Shown here one piece after another: positions 11,996 through 23,687 of a DNA stretch of 64,000 nucleotides; position 1 is the first letter of the stretch, and each line of letters starts with the position of its first letter. The notes under the pieces are model-generated. The model did not search any database and was not told the DNA's origin. It saw only the letters and a program-made list of their open reading frames with translations. The stretch is from Eledone cirrhosa. Lineage: Eukaryota. The stretch covers positions 1-64,000 of the forward strand of contig CAXHJY010000488.1 in the NCBI GenBank assembly GCA_964016885.1. The letters are read 5' to 3'. The position numbers and the translations under genes were made by a program.

Positions 11996-12758
11996 CGCTC
12001 ATATATTCACCTAGCTTATGCTAAACAGAATAATTTTTGAAGCTTGTTTCTCCCCCACGGTATGCTATATTTTCTGTTGTTCTCCTGTTTCACTCGCTTT
12101 ACGCGTTTTAATTGTCCTAATAACTTATTTTGGTTATTATTGCACCGAAGTGAGATATATGATTTTTAATGCAATGAAATATCTATGATCTTCGGCAAAT
12201 CACTGATGAGGGACTTATTTTATTACATGTTACCATGTGCTACCTGCAGTATTTTTCTCTATATTTTAATACATATATTTACCACTGCGATTCTGTGTTT
12301 TTTTCTCTCTCTCTTACTGTTCCCCCATTCTCTCTGTTTCTCCCCCTCTGTCTTGTCCGTTAACTCTTCCTCACACTTTCACTCACTCACTGTTTTTCTC
12401 CCTCTTCTCTTCATTTCATCCTGCACTCACGAACGCTATTTTTTCTCTCTCTGCTCGATAGCCTTCGTTCGTGGAGGTACTATTCTCTAAGCGCTCATAT
12501 ATTCACCTAGCTTATGCTAAACAGAATAATTTTTGAAGCTTGTTTCTCCCCACGGTATGCTATATTTTCTGTTGTTCTCCTGTCTCACTCGCTTTACGCG
12601 TTTTAATTGTCCTAATAACTTATTTTGGTTATTATTGCACCAAAGTGAGATATATGATTTTTAATGCAATGAAATATCTATGATTTTCGGCAAATCACTG
12701 ATGAGGGACTTATTTTATTACATGTTACCATGTGCTACCTGCAGTATTTTTCTCTATA

Positions 12759-12765
<7 letters not shown>
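11993..12765 (+). repeat. Partial tandem (about 1.55 x 496 bp) of an unclassified repeat, flanked by (TA)n
   Basis: AAGCGCTCATATATTCACC recurs at ~11993 and ~12489; related in reverse orientation to 26101-27062. Confidence 0.8.
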
Positions 12766-12817
<52 letters not shown>

Positions 12818-12820
<3 letters not shown>

Positions 12821-12892
12821 AGAAAGTATGACCCCGACGGCAGAGCTCAAGCCGTTTCGACGGCTATTTCTGGACTAAAGTAAGAGTTTTTT
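12818..12892 (-). mobile_element. 3' terminus of the PLE family seen at 20222-21330, with the 3' half of its hammerhead
   Basis: Near-identical to 20222-20295; minus strand GUC-GAAACGGC..GCCGUC-GGGGU; abuts (TA)n. Confidence 0.6.
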
Positions 12893-13084
12893 CTCCTATT
12901 ACCCACTCTACTACCCTAAGTATTGAGTACTCTGGTGCGTTATGGTCCATCTGGTTCCTTACCACAACTCCTTATCACAACCAGATCAGTTAGAGATGGT
13001 TGCTTGTGAAAGGACCTGTTGGAGGGGAAGTTTGGGGACTCTACCTCTACAACCTCCCAAGAATAAGAGGGAGACGAAGAAGAC

Positions 13085-13144
<60 letters not shown>

Positions 13145-13146
<2 letters not shown>

Positions 13147-14291
13147 TTTTCTTTATTAACCACAAGGGTTTACATAAAGTAGACATTAAGGACAGTACAG
13201 GACAATACAGGACGGTACAAATGGGCATTTCTGCGTGTAAAAAACGGAGGTTGAAATAAAATAACAAAGAAAAATTCCCCAATAGGGGGGAGACTTCCGA
13301 GGGACATTTGTGGAGAAAGCCCATTAAAAGACCACCAGGGCAAGTGCCCTCTCCCAGTTTTCCACCTTTAATTTACAGACACATACTCAGAGAAGGCCCA
13401 TTCATTCGGGCCATACTTGCTTCTCTCACCCATCTTTCAACAAAATGTTGGGAAGAGAGCACTTCCCTCTCTACCCTGATTTTCCTTTTCAAATGAAATT
13501 TGAAAAAGTTAATCAGGGCATCACCGAAGAGGTAAGTGCTCGTCTTCAGCCCTTTCAAACGTGTCCACCATACTATCTCTTTCGCCATGGCCACCAGACA
13601 GATAAAAACTGCCTGCCCTTCCCGGCTAAAGGAAGGGGGAGGGGCAATCCTCACGATGGACTCAGCTGATAGCTGGATCCGTCCTACACGTGACAGCAGG
13701 TGTTCGACATAAACCCACAAGTCAGCAATGCTCGGACACTGGACGAGTGCGTGCAGGACGGTTTCGTCGCCCTGCGCGCATCTCGGACATGCCCGGCTGA
13801 CGGCACCTCCATGCCTGTAGAGTTTATCCCGAACTGGCAAAGCTCCTCGGTAGCACTGCCAGGCCAGGGATTTCTGGAAGTTGTCCATAGGCTCCGGCCC
13901 GAAAGTCCTTCCGAAGAGATTGGCTAGTTGATTTTCGTCGACGCCTAGAGTTTCTCCAAGTACGTCGTCGCTCTTCCCCTCCACTAATCCCCTATAGAAC
14001 GCCAAGGTGGAGTTTCCACCGATCACATTGCCCGATTGGTCGAGGGCTGTGAGCGCCTGAAGACATTCCAGTCTCCAAGCGCTCCCTCTCGGTCTTCGCT
14101 TGACCCAGGACTGCAGCTCCGTCAAGGAGACGAGCTGGGGAAAAACGTGTCTCGCAAACGGCGACCACACCTGATCACCGTCGAGGAAGAGGTGGAGATG
14201 TCGTAGCCTGAGTGCGTGTCTGCGCATCATCAGCCACGGCATGCCCAGCCCTCCACGTAGCGGGTGTTGACAGCAGATGGACCGCCTGACC
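13145..14291 (-). mobile_element. 5'-truncated L1/Tx1-clade 3' fragment inserted in (AAT)n
   Basis: GGLGMP; LAWQCYRGALPV; CPRCAQGDETVLHALVQC (CCHC knuckle); (AAT)n on both sides. The ORF's poly-Leu N-terminus is microsatellite. Confidence 0.8.
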
Positions 14292-14335
14292 ATAATAATA
14301 ATAATAATAAGAAGAAGAAGAAGACGAAGAAGAAG

Positions 14336-14380
<45 letters not shown>

Positions 14381-14546
14381 GGGAAGAAGACGCACGAGGT
14401 GACGGAGGTCATGAAATCGCTCCCGTAAGTTTTGAATTTTTAACATATTTAAATCATTTGTGAAATAACAACTCTTAGTACAAATGCTACGTAAAGCACC
14501 CGGCTTGAGCCCAAAAAAAATTCGGACCCAAAATATATTGTTATAA

Positions 14547-15187
14547 GGCTCAAATATTCAAATATTCAACTTTGTATTGTACACTGTATATCAAAAAAAA
14601 AAAATGGCTATAAATGGAAGAAGAAGAACCCCCCCCCTCCTCTCCTCTGGCTACACTATATAGGACAGCTAAACTCACCAACACCAGAAACTAGATACAC
14701 CACCCACCCCATCATCTGTGTACACTAAACACAACAGCATTTTCACCTTCACCGCCACCGCTCACTACGGCCATCATTACCACCACTATCCCATCACCGC
14801 CGCCACCACCCCCTGACTCCTTCACTGCTGCTGCCACCGCTACAGCACCATCACTACAGTAATACGGCTCAAATATTCAAATATTCAACTTTGTATTGTA
14901 CACTGTATATCCAAAAAAAATAAAATGGCTATAAATGGAAGAAGAAGAACCCCCCCCTCCTCTCCTCTGGCTACACTATATAGGACAGCGAAACTCACCA
15001 ACACCAGAAACTAGATACACCACCCACCCCATCATCTGTGTACACTAAACACAAAAGCATTTTCACCTTCACCGCCACCGCTCACTACGGCCATCATTAC
15101 CACCACTATCCCATCACCGCCGCCACCACCCCTTGACTCCTTCACTGCTGCTGCCACCGCTACAGCACCATCACTACAGTAATACGG
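14547..15187. repeat. Tandem duplication, 2 x ~320 bp
   Basis: GGCTCAAATATTCAAATATTCAAC at ~14547 and ~14866; units almost identical. Confidence 0.85.
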
Positions 15188-15579
15188 TCGCATCACCGCC
15201 ACCACTGCCTCGGTATCGACATCACCACCACCACTGTCTCAGTATCGCCAACGCCGCCAGTCTCTGCTGGCTGCCACTTCCACATTATAGAATTCCTACT
15301 ACTAACAAAGAGGAAGGCATCAAAATATATAGATAGACTCAAAAGAAAAAAGAAAAAACAAACAACAAAAGCAGCACAGCAACAACAGCAAAAAACGAGA
15401 AAAACAAACAGAGAAAAACAAAAACAAAAAAAGACACCCCAAAAACGTAAAGAAAATAAGAATGAAGAGAGAAGCAGGCGGACGGACAGAGAAGAGGGGG
15501 GAAAAAGTAAAACTTAAAAAACAAAAACTAAGTCAGACATTCGAATACTACATTACAATGAAACTTATGCTTATTCATT

Positions 15580-18500
15580 TTTGGGGCCCTTTCTGCCCGT
15601 GTGTTTGTTTGTTTATGTGTGTCCGTATACAGCGTGGTGATAATGCCACACAAGGGCCAAGTGGGATGGCGGATCCACAGATGGCTATGTAAACATACAT
15701 TCGCCAATCCTCGATAAGAGTGTTTAAATATCGAACATAAACAGTTCGAATAACGGTGAAATGGAGACTAGAACGTCATGTGACAGACTCTCACCCAACA
15801 GGTGCCCCCTGGCTCAGCAGCAGGAGCCTGACTGTCAACCAAATACTGCTGATGTTGGAGGAAGAAGAAGAAGGAAAGGGGCCAGAACCAACTGGACGAA
15901 AGAATTGAATAGAACTGTTATGCAATGCTACCTGAAAAGTAACCCCAAGGAGAGGGGCTACAGGAGACGGATGCATAACATCTGGAACGAGATTGGTTTA
16001 TTTAAATTAGATGAACAAAAATTGGCCGGGCAGGCTCGGGTAATAAGAACTAATGGGTGGATAAGCGAGCTGGAACTGGAGGAACTGAGCAGAGAGAATG
16101 GCTTGGAGATGGCGGGTGTAGTATGCCAGACAAGCGAGCCGGCGGGAAATGAAGGTGAGGAGGTCCTGAGAACGGAGGAACCACCCGAAGCAGACAATGA
16201 TCTGAATACTGAGATAAATAATACCTGGAACAGAGATACGGCCACTGAGGAGATGAATGCTGACGGGCTAGGACAAGATTCGGTTGACATCCTAAATTTA
16301 GTGGTAGATGAGTTGAACAATGATAGTGGGAGACCTATGAACCTAAGATTTGTAGACAGGAAAAAGTTAAAAGAAACAACAGCTAAGGTAAACAAAGTCA
16401 TCCCATACCTTGAGGCGAGGAGTCTTCACCAGTGCAACAATATCCTCAAAGCAACAGCAAATACGGTGAGGAAACTACTTGGTATAAAAGCGAGAGGAAA
16501 CAACAGACAAGAAAGAGCAGAGCCGTGGTGGAAGAAGCGACTGAGTGGGCAAATCGAGGAAATGAGAAATGACATAGGAAAGCTTGAGTCACTACTGAAT
16601 GGGACACTAAAAAACATAGGCACTAAAAATAGACTGGAAATAAAATACAAAACTAGGAGTAAAAAGCTAAATATTATCATAGAGGAATTGAAGCAACGCA
16701 TTGTAGCAAAGAGTGCCAAAATCAGGCGATACGAGAACAGAGTCAGTCAGTATAAACAGAACCGCATGTTCGACAACAACCAGAAGATGCTGTTTGGACA
16801 GCTTGAGGGGAAAGAAAGAGGCAACGACTTGATCCCTGGGGCGGAACAAGCTAAAACATTCTGGAGAGGAATATGGGAGCAGGATGTTAGACACAATGCC
16901 CAGGCAGGGTGGATTGAGACAGTACAGAGGGAGATCGGTGAGCAGGCACAGCAACAGACTGATTTGAGTATCACAGTTGAAACTCTTAAGGGGCAAGCCA
17001 AAAAACTAACCAACTGGAAATCACCAGGCCCAGATGGTGTGCAGGGGTATTGGATTAAACATTTAACATCCCTCCACCCGAAGCTGACGGCCATGTTCAA
17101 TGACTGCTTGATGTCGGGTGAGGTGCCAGAGTGGTTGACAAAAGGTACCACAGTTCTGATAATGAAAGACCGAATCAAGGGTAATGATGTTACCAACTAT
17201 AGACCTATCACATGTCTGCCCGTAATGTGGAAACTGTTGACGAGCATTGTGTCTGAGGAAATCTACCATCACCTCCACACAAACAACTTGTTGCCGGACG
17301 AACAGAAAGGATGCCGAAAGAAGTCACGTGGTACAAAGGACCAGTTGCTTATTGATAAGATGGTAATGGGGAATTGCAGGAGGAGACACACTGATCTTGC
17401 CATGGGATGGATAGACTACAGAAAGGCATTTGACATGGTGCCTCATTCCTGGATCACCAAAAGCCTGGAGATCTTCAGGGTGGCAGATAACATCAGACAG
17501 TTGCTGGGCAGGAGTATGGGGTCCTGGGAGACAGAGTTGACATCAACTGGAGTATCCTTGGGAAGCGTGAAGATCAAGAGAGGTATCTTCCAGGGAGATA
17601 GCCTGTCCCCTCTGTTGTTTGTCCTTGCCCTGATGCCCTTGACCATTATGCTGCGAAAAGTGAGAGCAGGATACAAGTTGGGAAGGGGAGAGCTTACCAT
17701 CAATCACCTCCTCTTCATGGACGATCTTAAGCTCTTCGGGAAAAGTGAGAAGGAGTTGGATGTGCTTGTTGACACTGTCCGTATTTTCAGCAGTGATATA
17801 TGTATGCAGTTTGGTATTGGTAAATGTGGAGTCATTGTGATGAGGAGGGGTAGGTTGAGCAGAAGTAACGGGATCCAGATACCAACAGATGAGATGATAA
17901 AGGAAATTGACTCTGAGGAAGGATACAAGTATTTGGGCGTTCTGGAGGCTGACGGCATAAAGAACAAAAAAATGAAGGAATTGTTAAGAACTGAATACAT
18001 TCGGAGAGTAAGGAGCGTATTGAAGTCACATCTGAACAGCAGAAATGCCATAAGCGCAGTAAATTCCCGAGCTGTGTCTATTATTAGGTACAGTGCGGGA
18101 ATTCTGAGATGGAATGTTGCTGAACAAAAAGAAATGGATAGGAAGACTAGGAAGCTATTGACTATCTACAACATGTTCCACAAGAGGAGTGATGTCGATA
18201 GACTCTACCTAAGGAGATCTGAGGGTGGAAGAGGTCTTATCAGCATAGAGGACTGTGTTCAGATGGAGAAAAACAACCTATACAAATACGTGACCTATAG
18301 TAAGGAGCCAATGCTCAGAGCTGTACTGAAGGAGGGGACAGTAGGCCAGGGGATATCCAAGGAGGAAATAACATCAAGGAGGAAGAGCAGCCTTAAGGGA
18401 AAATCCCTTCATAGTACCTTCTTTGAGAAAACTGAATTTAGAGATCCACAGACATGGAACTGGTTGAGAAGAGGAGACCTCAAAAAGGCTACAGAAGGAA

Positions 18501-19239
18501 TGCTAATGGCTGCGCAGGAGCAGGCCCTCAAAACGAAGTGGTTGAAGCACCATATCTACAAGGAGGAGGCTAGCCCACTGTGCAGGATCTGTGGAGAGAG
18601 AGAGGAGACTGTGGCTCACATTGTGTCCGAGTGTAAACACCTAGCCCAGACCCACTATAAGGGCTGGAGACACGATGTGATGGGCAGGGTGATCCACTGG
18701 CACCTGTGCAAAGTAAACAATCTACCACATTCTGAGAAATGGTATGAGCATAGGCCAGAGGCGGTGATGGAGAACAGTCAGGTGAAGGTGCTGTGGGATT
18801 TTAGGATACAGACGGACAAAAAACTGGAACACAATAGACCTGACCTGGTGGTTGTGGACAAAGAAAAAAGATCGTGCCTGATTGTGGATGTGGCCTGCCC
18901 GTTCGACACGAGAGTGCAAGAGAAGGAGAGGGAGAAAATTAACCGATACCAGGACCTAAAGTGGGAGGTGAAAAGGATTTGGAACTGCCATGAAGTCAAA
19001 GTGATCCCGATTGTCATAGGCGCACTGGGGACTATCTCCAAAGGTTTCCAGGGATGGTTAAAGAAAATCGGCCCCTTCACGCTTTTTGGAACGCTTCAAA
19101 AGGCATGCTTGCTTGGAACGGCAAGAACCCTCCGATACGTCCTGAATATCTGAGGCTGCAGGTAGTGGCTTGATATTCAATCCAACGGACTTTCCAGTTA
19201 ACCAACATCAATGACTGAGATTCAAGGAATAACAATAAC

Positions 19240-19334
<95 letters not shown>

Positions 19335-19335
19335 G
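15580..19335 (+). mobile_element. R4/Dong-type RLE non-LTR retrotransposon, apparently full length, with (AAT)n 3' tail/target
   Basis: Single RT-CCHC-RLE ORF, short 3'UTR, then long (AAT)n. The 5' boundary is approximate. Confidence 0.85.
15761..19153 (+). CDS. RT + CCHC knuckle + restriction-like endonuclease (1130 aa, intact)
   Basis: PGPDG; DYRKAFD; QGDSLSP; FMDDLK; GGRGL; CRICGEREETVAHIVSEC; RHD; NRPDLV..DVACP..K..Y. Confidence 0.92.
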   Translation: METRTSCDRLSPNRCPLAQQQEPDCQPNTADVGGRRRRKGARTNWTKELNRTVMQCYLKSNPKERGYRRRMHNIWNEIGLFKLDEQKLAGQARVIRTNGWISELELEELSRENGLEMAGVVCQTSEPAGNEGEEVLRTEEPPEADNDLNTEINNTWNRDTATEEMNADGLGQDSVDILNLVVDELNNDSGRPMNLRFVDRKKLKETTAKVNKVIPYLEARSLHQCNNILKATANTVRKLLGIKARGNNRQERAEPWWKKRLSGQIEEMRNDIGKLESLLNGTLKNIGTKNRLEIKYKTRSKKLNIIIEELKQRIVAKSAKIRRYENRVSQYKQNRMFDNNQKMLFGQLEGKERGNDLIPGAEQAKTFWRGIWEQDVRHNAQAGWIETVQREIGEQAQQQTDLSITVETLKGQAKKLTNWKSPGPDGVQGYWIKHLTSLHPKLTAMFNDCLMSGEVPEWLTKGTTVLIMKDRIKGNDVTNYRPITCLPVMWKLLTSIVSEEIYHHLHTNNLLPDEQKGCRKKSRGTKDQLLIDKMVMGNCRRRHTDLAMGWIDYRKAFDMVPHSWITKSLEIFRVADNIRQLLGRSMGSWETELTSTGVSLGSVKIKRGIFQGDSLSPLLFVLALMPLTIMLRKVRAGYKLGRGELTINHLLFMDDLKLFGKSEKELDVLVDTVRIFSSDICMQFGIGKCGVIVMRRGRLSRSNGIQIPTDEMIKEIDSEEGYKYLGVLEADGIKNKKMKELLRTEYIRRVRSVLKSHLNSRNAISAVNSRAVSIIRYSAGILRWNVAEQKEMDRKTRKLLTIYNMFHKRSDVDRLYLRRSEGGRGLISIEDCVQMEKNNLYKYVTYSKEPMLRAVLKEGTVGQGISKEEITSRRKSSLKGKSLHSTFFEKTEFRDPQTWNWLRRGDLKKATEGMLMAAQEQALKTKWLKHHIYKEEASPLCRICGEREETVAHIVSECKHLAQTHYKGWRHDVMGRVIHWHLCKVNNLPHSEKWYEHRPEAVMENSQVKVLWDFRIQTDKKLEHNRPDLVVVDKEKRSCLIVDVACPFDTRVQEKEREKINRYQDLKWEVKRIWNCHEVKVIPIVIGALGTISKGFQGWLKKIGPFTLFGTLQKACLLGTARTLRYVLNI

Positions 19336-19834
19336 AAGAAGAAGAAGAAGAAGAAGACAACGACGACAGTTCTGATATTGTGGATATGTGGTTAGGATGT
19401 CTGAAGAAAGAATCGCTGGTCTGATTTTACGGGTAAGACCAACCAGCGAGAGACCCAGGGGTAGACCCTAACAAGATGGTTAGGTAACAGCCATGAGCTT
19501 GGCTGGTCTCGCTTGAGGATCCACACACACACAAAGAAGAAATAAGGCACACCTACAAAATGTACTCCATCTAGACACGAGTAACAGCACCAATGACACA
19601 CCTGGGTTCTCCAGCTCAGTCCTTAGCCACAGCCACCGGTCTTCTCGCCTACCATACTCATCAATCTTAATCTTTCCCAGCTTTCCAGCCTCCGTGCCAA
19701 CAATCACGTCTCTCTTTCTCCCCACTCTCTCTCTCTCTCCCATGATCTTTATATACATCCTCTTTACTCTTTCCTTTTCTTCATTAACAAGTGTGAACCT
19801 AATATGTGTTTTTGCATCATTGTATTTATTCTTG

Positions 19835-19913
<79 letters not shown>

Positions 19914-19930
19914 GCTATATATATATATAT

Positions 19931-20197
19931 ATTGTTATACTTGGGGAGGGTCATATTTGTGAATATTGCCAGAATTAATAACAGAACACACTCACTGTTT
20001 GGTTGGTTTTCGCTTCTCGCTGTCTTTTATATCTGCGATCTAACTTACTCGGTCCTCAATGTTGCCATTGACTGACCGACGGTCAAAAATAATACATATA
20101 CAATATAGACACAAACACATATATATAGTTTATCATAATATTTGTTTCGACACACGATTTCATATAAAAACCCTCGCAAAACTAATTCATCGCCGCT
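19931..20197 (-). mobile_element. Short non-coding copy of the 8.4-11.8 kb PLE terminal repeat with an inverted 3'-extension piece
   Basis: 19931-20138 matches 8421-8629. 20138-20185 matches 11729-11777, joined in the opposite relative orientation. (TA)n on both sides. Confidence 0.75.
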
Positions 20198-20221
20198 ATA
20201 TATATATATATATATATATAT

Positions 20222-21330
20222 AGGAGAAAGTATGACCTCGACGGCAGAGCTCAAGCCGTTGTGACGGTTATTTCTGGACTAATGTAAGAGTTTTTTTAGT
20301 CTGGTAAATAAATAGCCAAACTTTTCAAGGGGTACTTCCTTATATGGGAAGATTGTAGTTGTCAAGGGGATTGGTCAAAATTTGTAGCAGACACAGAAAA
20401 GTCTATCATGGCAGTGGGTGCGGGGTGGGAATGGCTGAAATTGCCTGTAGAACGATAGGGGAGTGGGTAGAGCCGGTCAAGCGTAGAAGGTGAAATCTAC
20501 ACGGCAAATTCTAAGGAATGTGTATGAAAGTAGGCCAGTGGAGGTTGGCGAAAAAAGGTTTCTTTAGAAAGTGGAGGAGGGACGTTATAGAAATAGTAAA
20601 TCAAATGAGATTAGGGGACAATGAAAAAATATAATAAAAGAGAATATAATAAAAAATGAGAAAAAGATGTATCAAAATGTAAGATTGGAAAGTGAGAAGT
20701 GAAATAAAACTAAGGAGTCTAACACAGCTGCTATATTTAGTTGGTGCTGCTATTTCGACCAAAGCTATAGAATGAGTTGCTAGATGAGAATTATTGAAAA
20801 TTTTGAATTAAAAATTAATACCACATCTCTGGGGTCTAACACAGCTGCTATGAATAGTTAGTATAGCGTAATCGGCGAATGCTATCTGTAGGTTACTGGG
20901 GTGGGGGTACTGAGGCTAAAGAGGACCGATAGGCTGCTTCGGGGTAGGCGAAAGGGGAAAAAAACACAAAGAAACGAACGAGGAAGAAATTCAGTGGTGG
21001 AAAGAAGTGATAGGAGGAGACAAAGGGAAAGAGAAAACATAGAGGAAAAGGAAAGAGGTACATCTACCTATATAAGTAGGGGTTTACCCTATCTCATTCG
21101 GCAAGTGGGGTGTTTCAGCCCTAGTCTACCCACCCGGATCGTTAGGGGGTTTGAGGGCGAGGTAAGTCTTCCGCAATCTGTGTTTGCATGCAGTTACCAG
21201 TTCGTCTTTTTTGTTTAGGAGTTGATCCTTCGTAAACAGCATTTGTAATGTTTCCTCCGAGCATAAGTTACAGGACGGCGTCTTCCCATGTAAGAGTTGG
21301 CTCTGGACAGTAAGCTCCAAGTAAGATGGT
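20222..21330 (-). mobile_element. 5'-truncated PLE: GIY-YIG C-terminal remnant, long 3'UTR, terminal hammerhead
   Basis: 21126-21320 encodes SCNLCSEE..LLNKKDELVTACKH, resembling the C..LC..E..LN...E....C.H end of some PLE endonucleases; ends in (TA)n. Confidence 0.65.
20228..20338 (-). ncRNA. Hammerhead remnant with U3-A8 core (UUGAAAA) and long stem II; GAAA damaged in this copy
   Basis: AAGUA-CCCC-UUGAAAA-G..GGCUAUUU..AAAUAACC-GUC-ACAACGGC..GCCGUC-GAGGU-CA-UACUU. The sister copy at 12.8 kb retains GAAA and GGGGU. Confidence 0.55.
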
Positions 21331-21618
21331 AAGTTATATTATTATCTTGGAGGTCCCAGATATGGCTCGAAAGTGTGGTGGCATGTCGCCGGACCGGGTT
21401 TCGGACGTATATATAAGGGATAACAAAATATATATATATAAGGGATAAAAAATATCGTTATAGGTAATCCAGTTAGAGATTGTGAATAATTCGTATTGTG
21501 GATACTTCGTATTTTAGCGTACGGCGTTGTTTGACTCAACAAGAGGTTTCCGTAGGTGGCGAGTTTATGAGTTCTCTTGCATTCCTATGTAAGTTTATCT
21601 TGGAGTAATAATATTGAA

Positions 21619-21997
<379 letters not shown>

Positions 21998-22133
21998 TAA
22001 GATGGTAGTATGGACGAAACAAGTGAAGAAAAGAAATCCTTCTTCAGCTGTAAAACCAGCCACACCACCATCTTAAACTTTGTTTACAGTAACAACACAG
22101 CTCCTTTCATTTCTTATACACACACACACACAC

Positions 22134-22169
<36 letters not shown>

Positions 22170-22409
22170 CTGTACTATACACGTTATTTCAGTTGTTGAC
22201 CGCCAAACTACATCAGGGTGGCAATAGGTAATTTTCTGAAAGTTAAAATGTTGCTGCTCCCACGCCCTAAGCCTATTCTAATCAACAAAGAAACGAGGTT
22301 TGCAAAATTTGAGCTCAAATGGACAACTGTTAGGCGACCCTCAAACGCCTTGAAGTTGGAACATAACTTAATGGGAACACTGAACACTGAATATTGAACA
22401 TTATTTTTG

Positions 22410-22720
22410 CATAAGAGAGGATTTACTGGCAGTTGGGTATGTTTTACGGTTTTCGGTAACGATCTGTAAAACAAATTGTTTCTCCGTTTCATCTTTCGTG
22501 AGAATGTTATTGTAATCCTGAATGAGTTTGACACCTCTTTCTGCAACATCATTCACAACAACTGTCTTCTCAAGTCCACTTTTGTAACCAGGATCATCCT
22601 TCCATGTTGAAGTGTCTTTGTCGAGGAAATCGGTGCTGATAGAAAATATCGTGAAGAAAGACGAAAACTCGTTACAATGTTTGTAAAGGAAGAAAAGTCA
22701 TTTTGGTGCAGAATGTACTT
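22410..22720 (-). pseudogene. DNA-transposase C-terminal remnant (hAT/hATm-like)
   Basis: A minus frame reads FLDKDTSTWKDDPGY..VVNDVAERGVKLIQDYNNILTKDETEKQFVLQIVTENRKTYP. The superfamily label is from recall. Confidence 0.55.
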
Positions 22721-22779
22721 CTTCAGTTGATGTTTTTCTTCTTCCTCTTCTTCAACGTTGTCTGCTTCCAGCATCTCAT

Positions 22780-23060
22780 TGCCTCTCATTGCTCTCCTTG
22801 CTCTCCCTTTTATCCTTGCTCTCCCTTTCTCCTTGCTCTCCTTGCTCTTCTTTTCTCCTTGTTCTCTTTTTCTCATTGCTCTCCTTGCTCTCTTTTTATC
22901 CTTGCTCCCCCTTTCTCGCCATTCTCATTGCTCTTCTTGCTCTCCCTTTCTCCCTGCTCTCCTTTTCTCCTTTCTCTCGTTGCTCTCCTTCCTCTCCTTT
23001 TATCCTTGCTCTTTCTGCTCTCCTTTTCTCATTGCTCTCCTTGCTCTCCCCTTCTCCTTG
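22780..23060. repeat. Degenerate CT-rich minisatellite (TTGCTCTCC-like)
   Basis: Direct inspection. Confidence 0.8.
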
Positions 23061-23140
23061 TATCTATGTATTTGTTTATATACAAATACAATGAGAAAAG
23101 GGAAGCAAGGAGAAATATGAAATCAAGAATGGTAAGGAGA

Positions 23141-23204
<64 letters not shown>

Positions 23205-23260
23205 ATATATTACTCAATACCGAGTACTCATTTCTCTCAACTGTCACCCACATACGTATA

Positions 23261-23616
23261 TTAAGAGTGGCCCTTAGCAATAGGTAATTTTCCGAAAGTT
23301 AAAATTTTTGCTGCTCCCACAGCGAAAAATAAGTGTTTCCCCTCTACCTGTGCTCTGTCGCCAGCTTTGCATTATATTTATTATCACTTATCCTTCTAAT
23401 ATCAAGAATAAGTCTGAACAAGTTTTAAATTTAAGATAGAACATTTTTATCAGAAAAGATGATTTCCGGACGAAAACTTCAAAATTTCACGGCCGATGAG
23501 GGTCGCCAACAGTTGTCCACTTGAGCTAAAGTTTTGCATAGATTGGCTCTTTGTTAATTCAAACAAAATAGGGGATGGGAGCCAAACATTTAGAAAGTTG
23601 AAAAATAAGGGCCACA

Positions 23617-23620
<4 letters not shown>
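23261..23620. mobile_element. MITE-like non-autonomous DNA transposon related to the 22.2-22.7 kb remnant
   Basis: TIRs AGAGTGGCCCTTA / TAAGGGCCACACT. 23277-23320 resembles 22220-22262; 23497-23540 is the reverse complement of ~22300-22343. Confidence 0.55.

Positions 23621-23684
<64 letters not shown>

Positions 23685-23687
<3 letters not shown>

Noticed and set aside
12170-12215. Type II hammerhead around GAAA...CUGAUGA in the ~500-bp repeat
   Set aside because: Stem II does not pair, and the UH site is not conserved in the 26 kb copies.
15580-15760. Ribozyme in the R4/Dong 5'UTR (GGCCCUU/AAGGGCC helix)
   Set aside because: There is no L3/P1.1 or catalytic-core motif; only generic hairpins.
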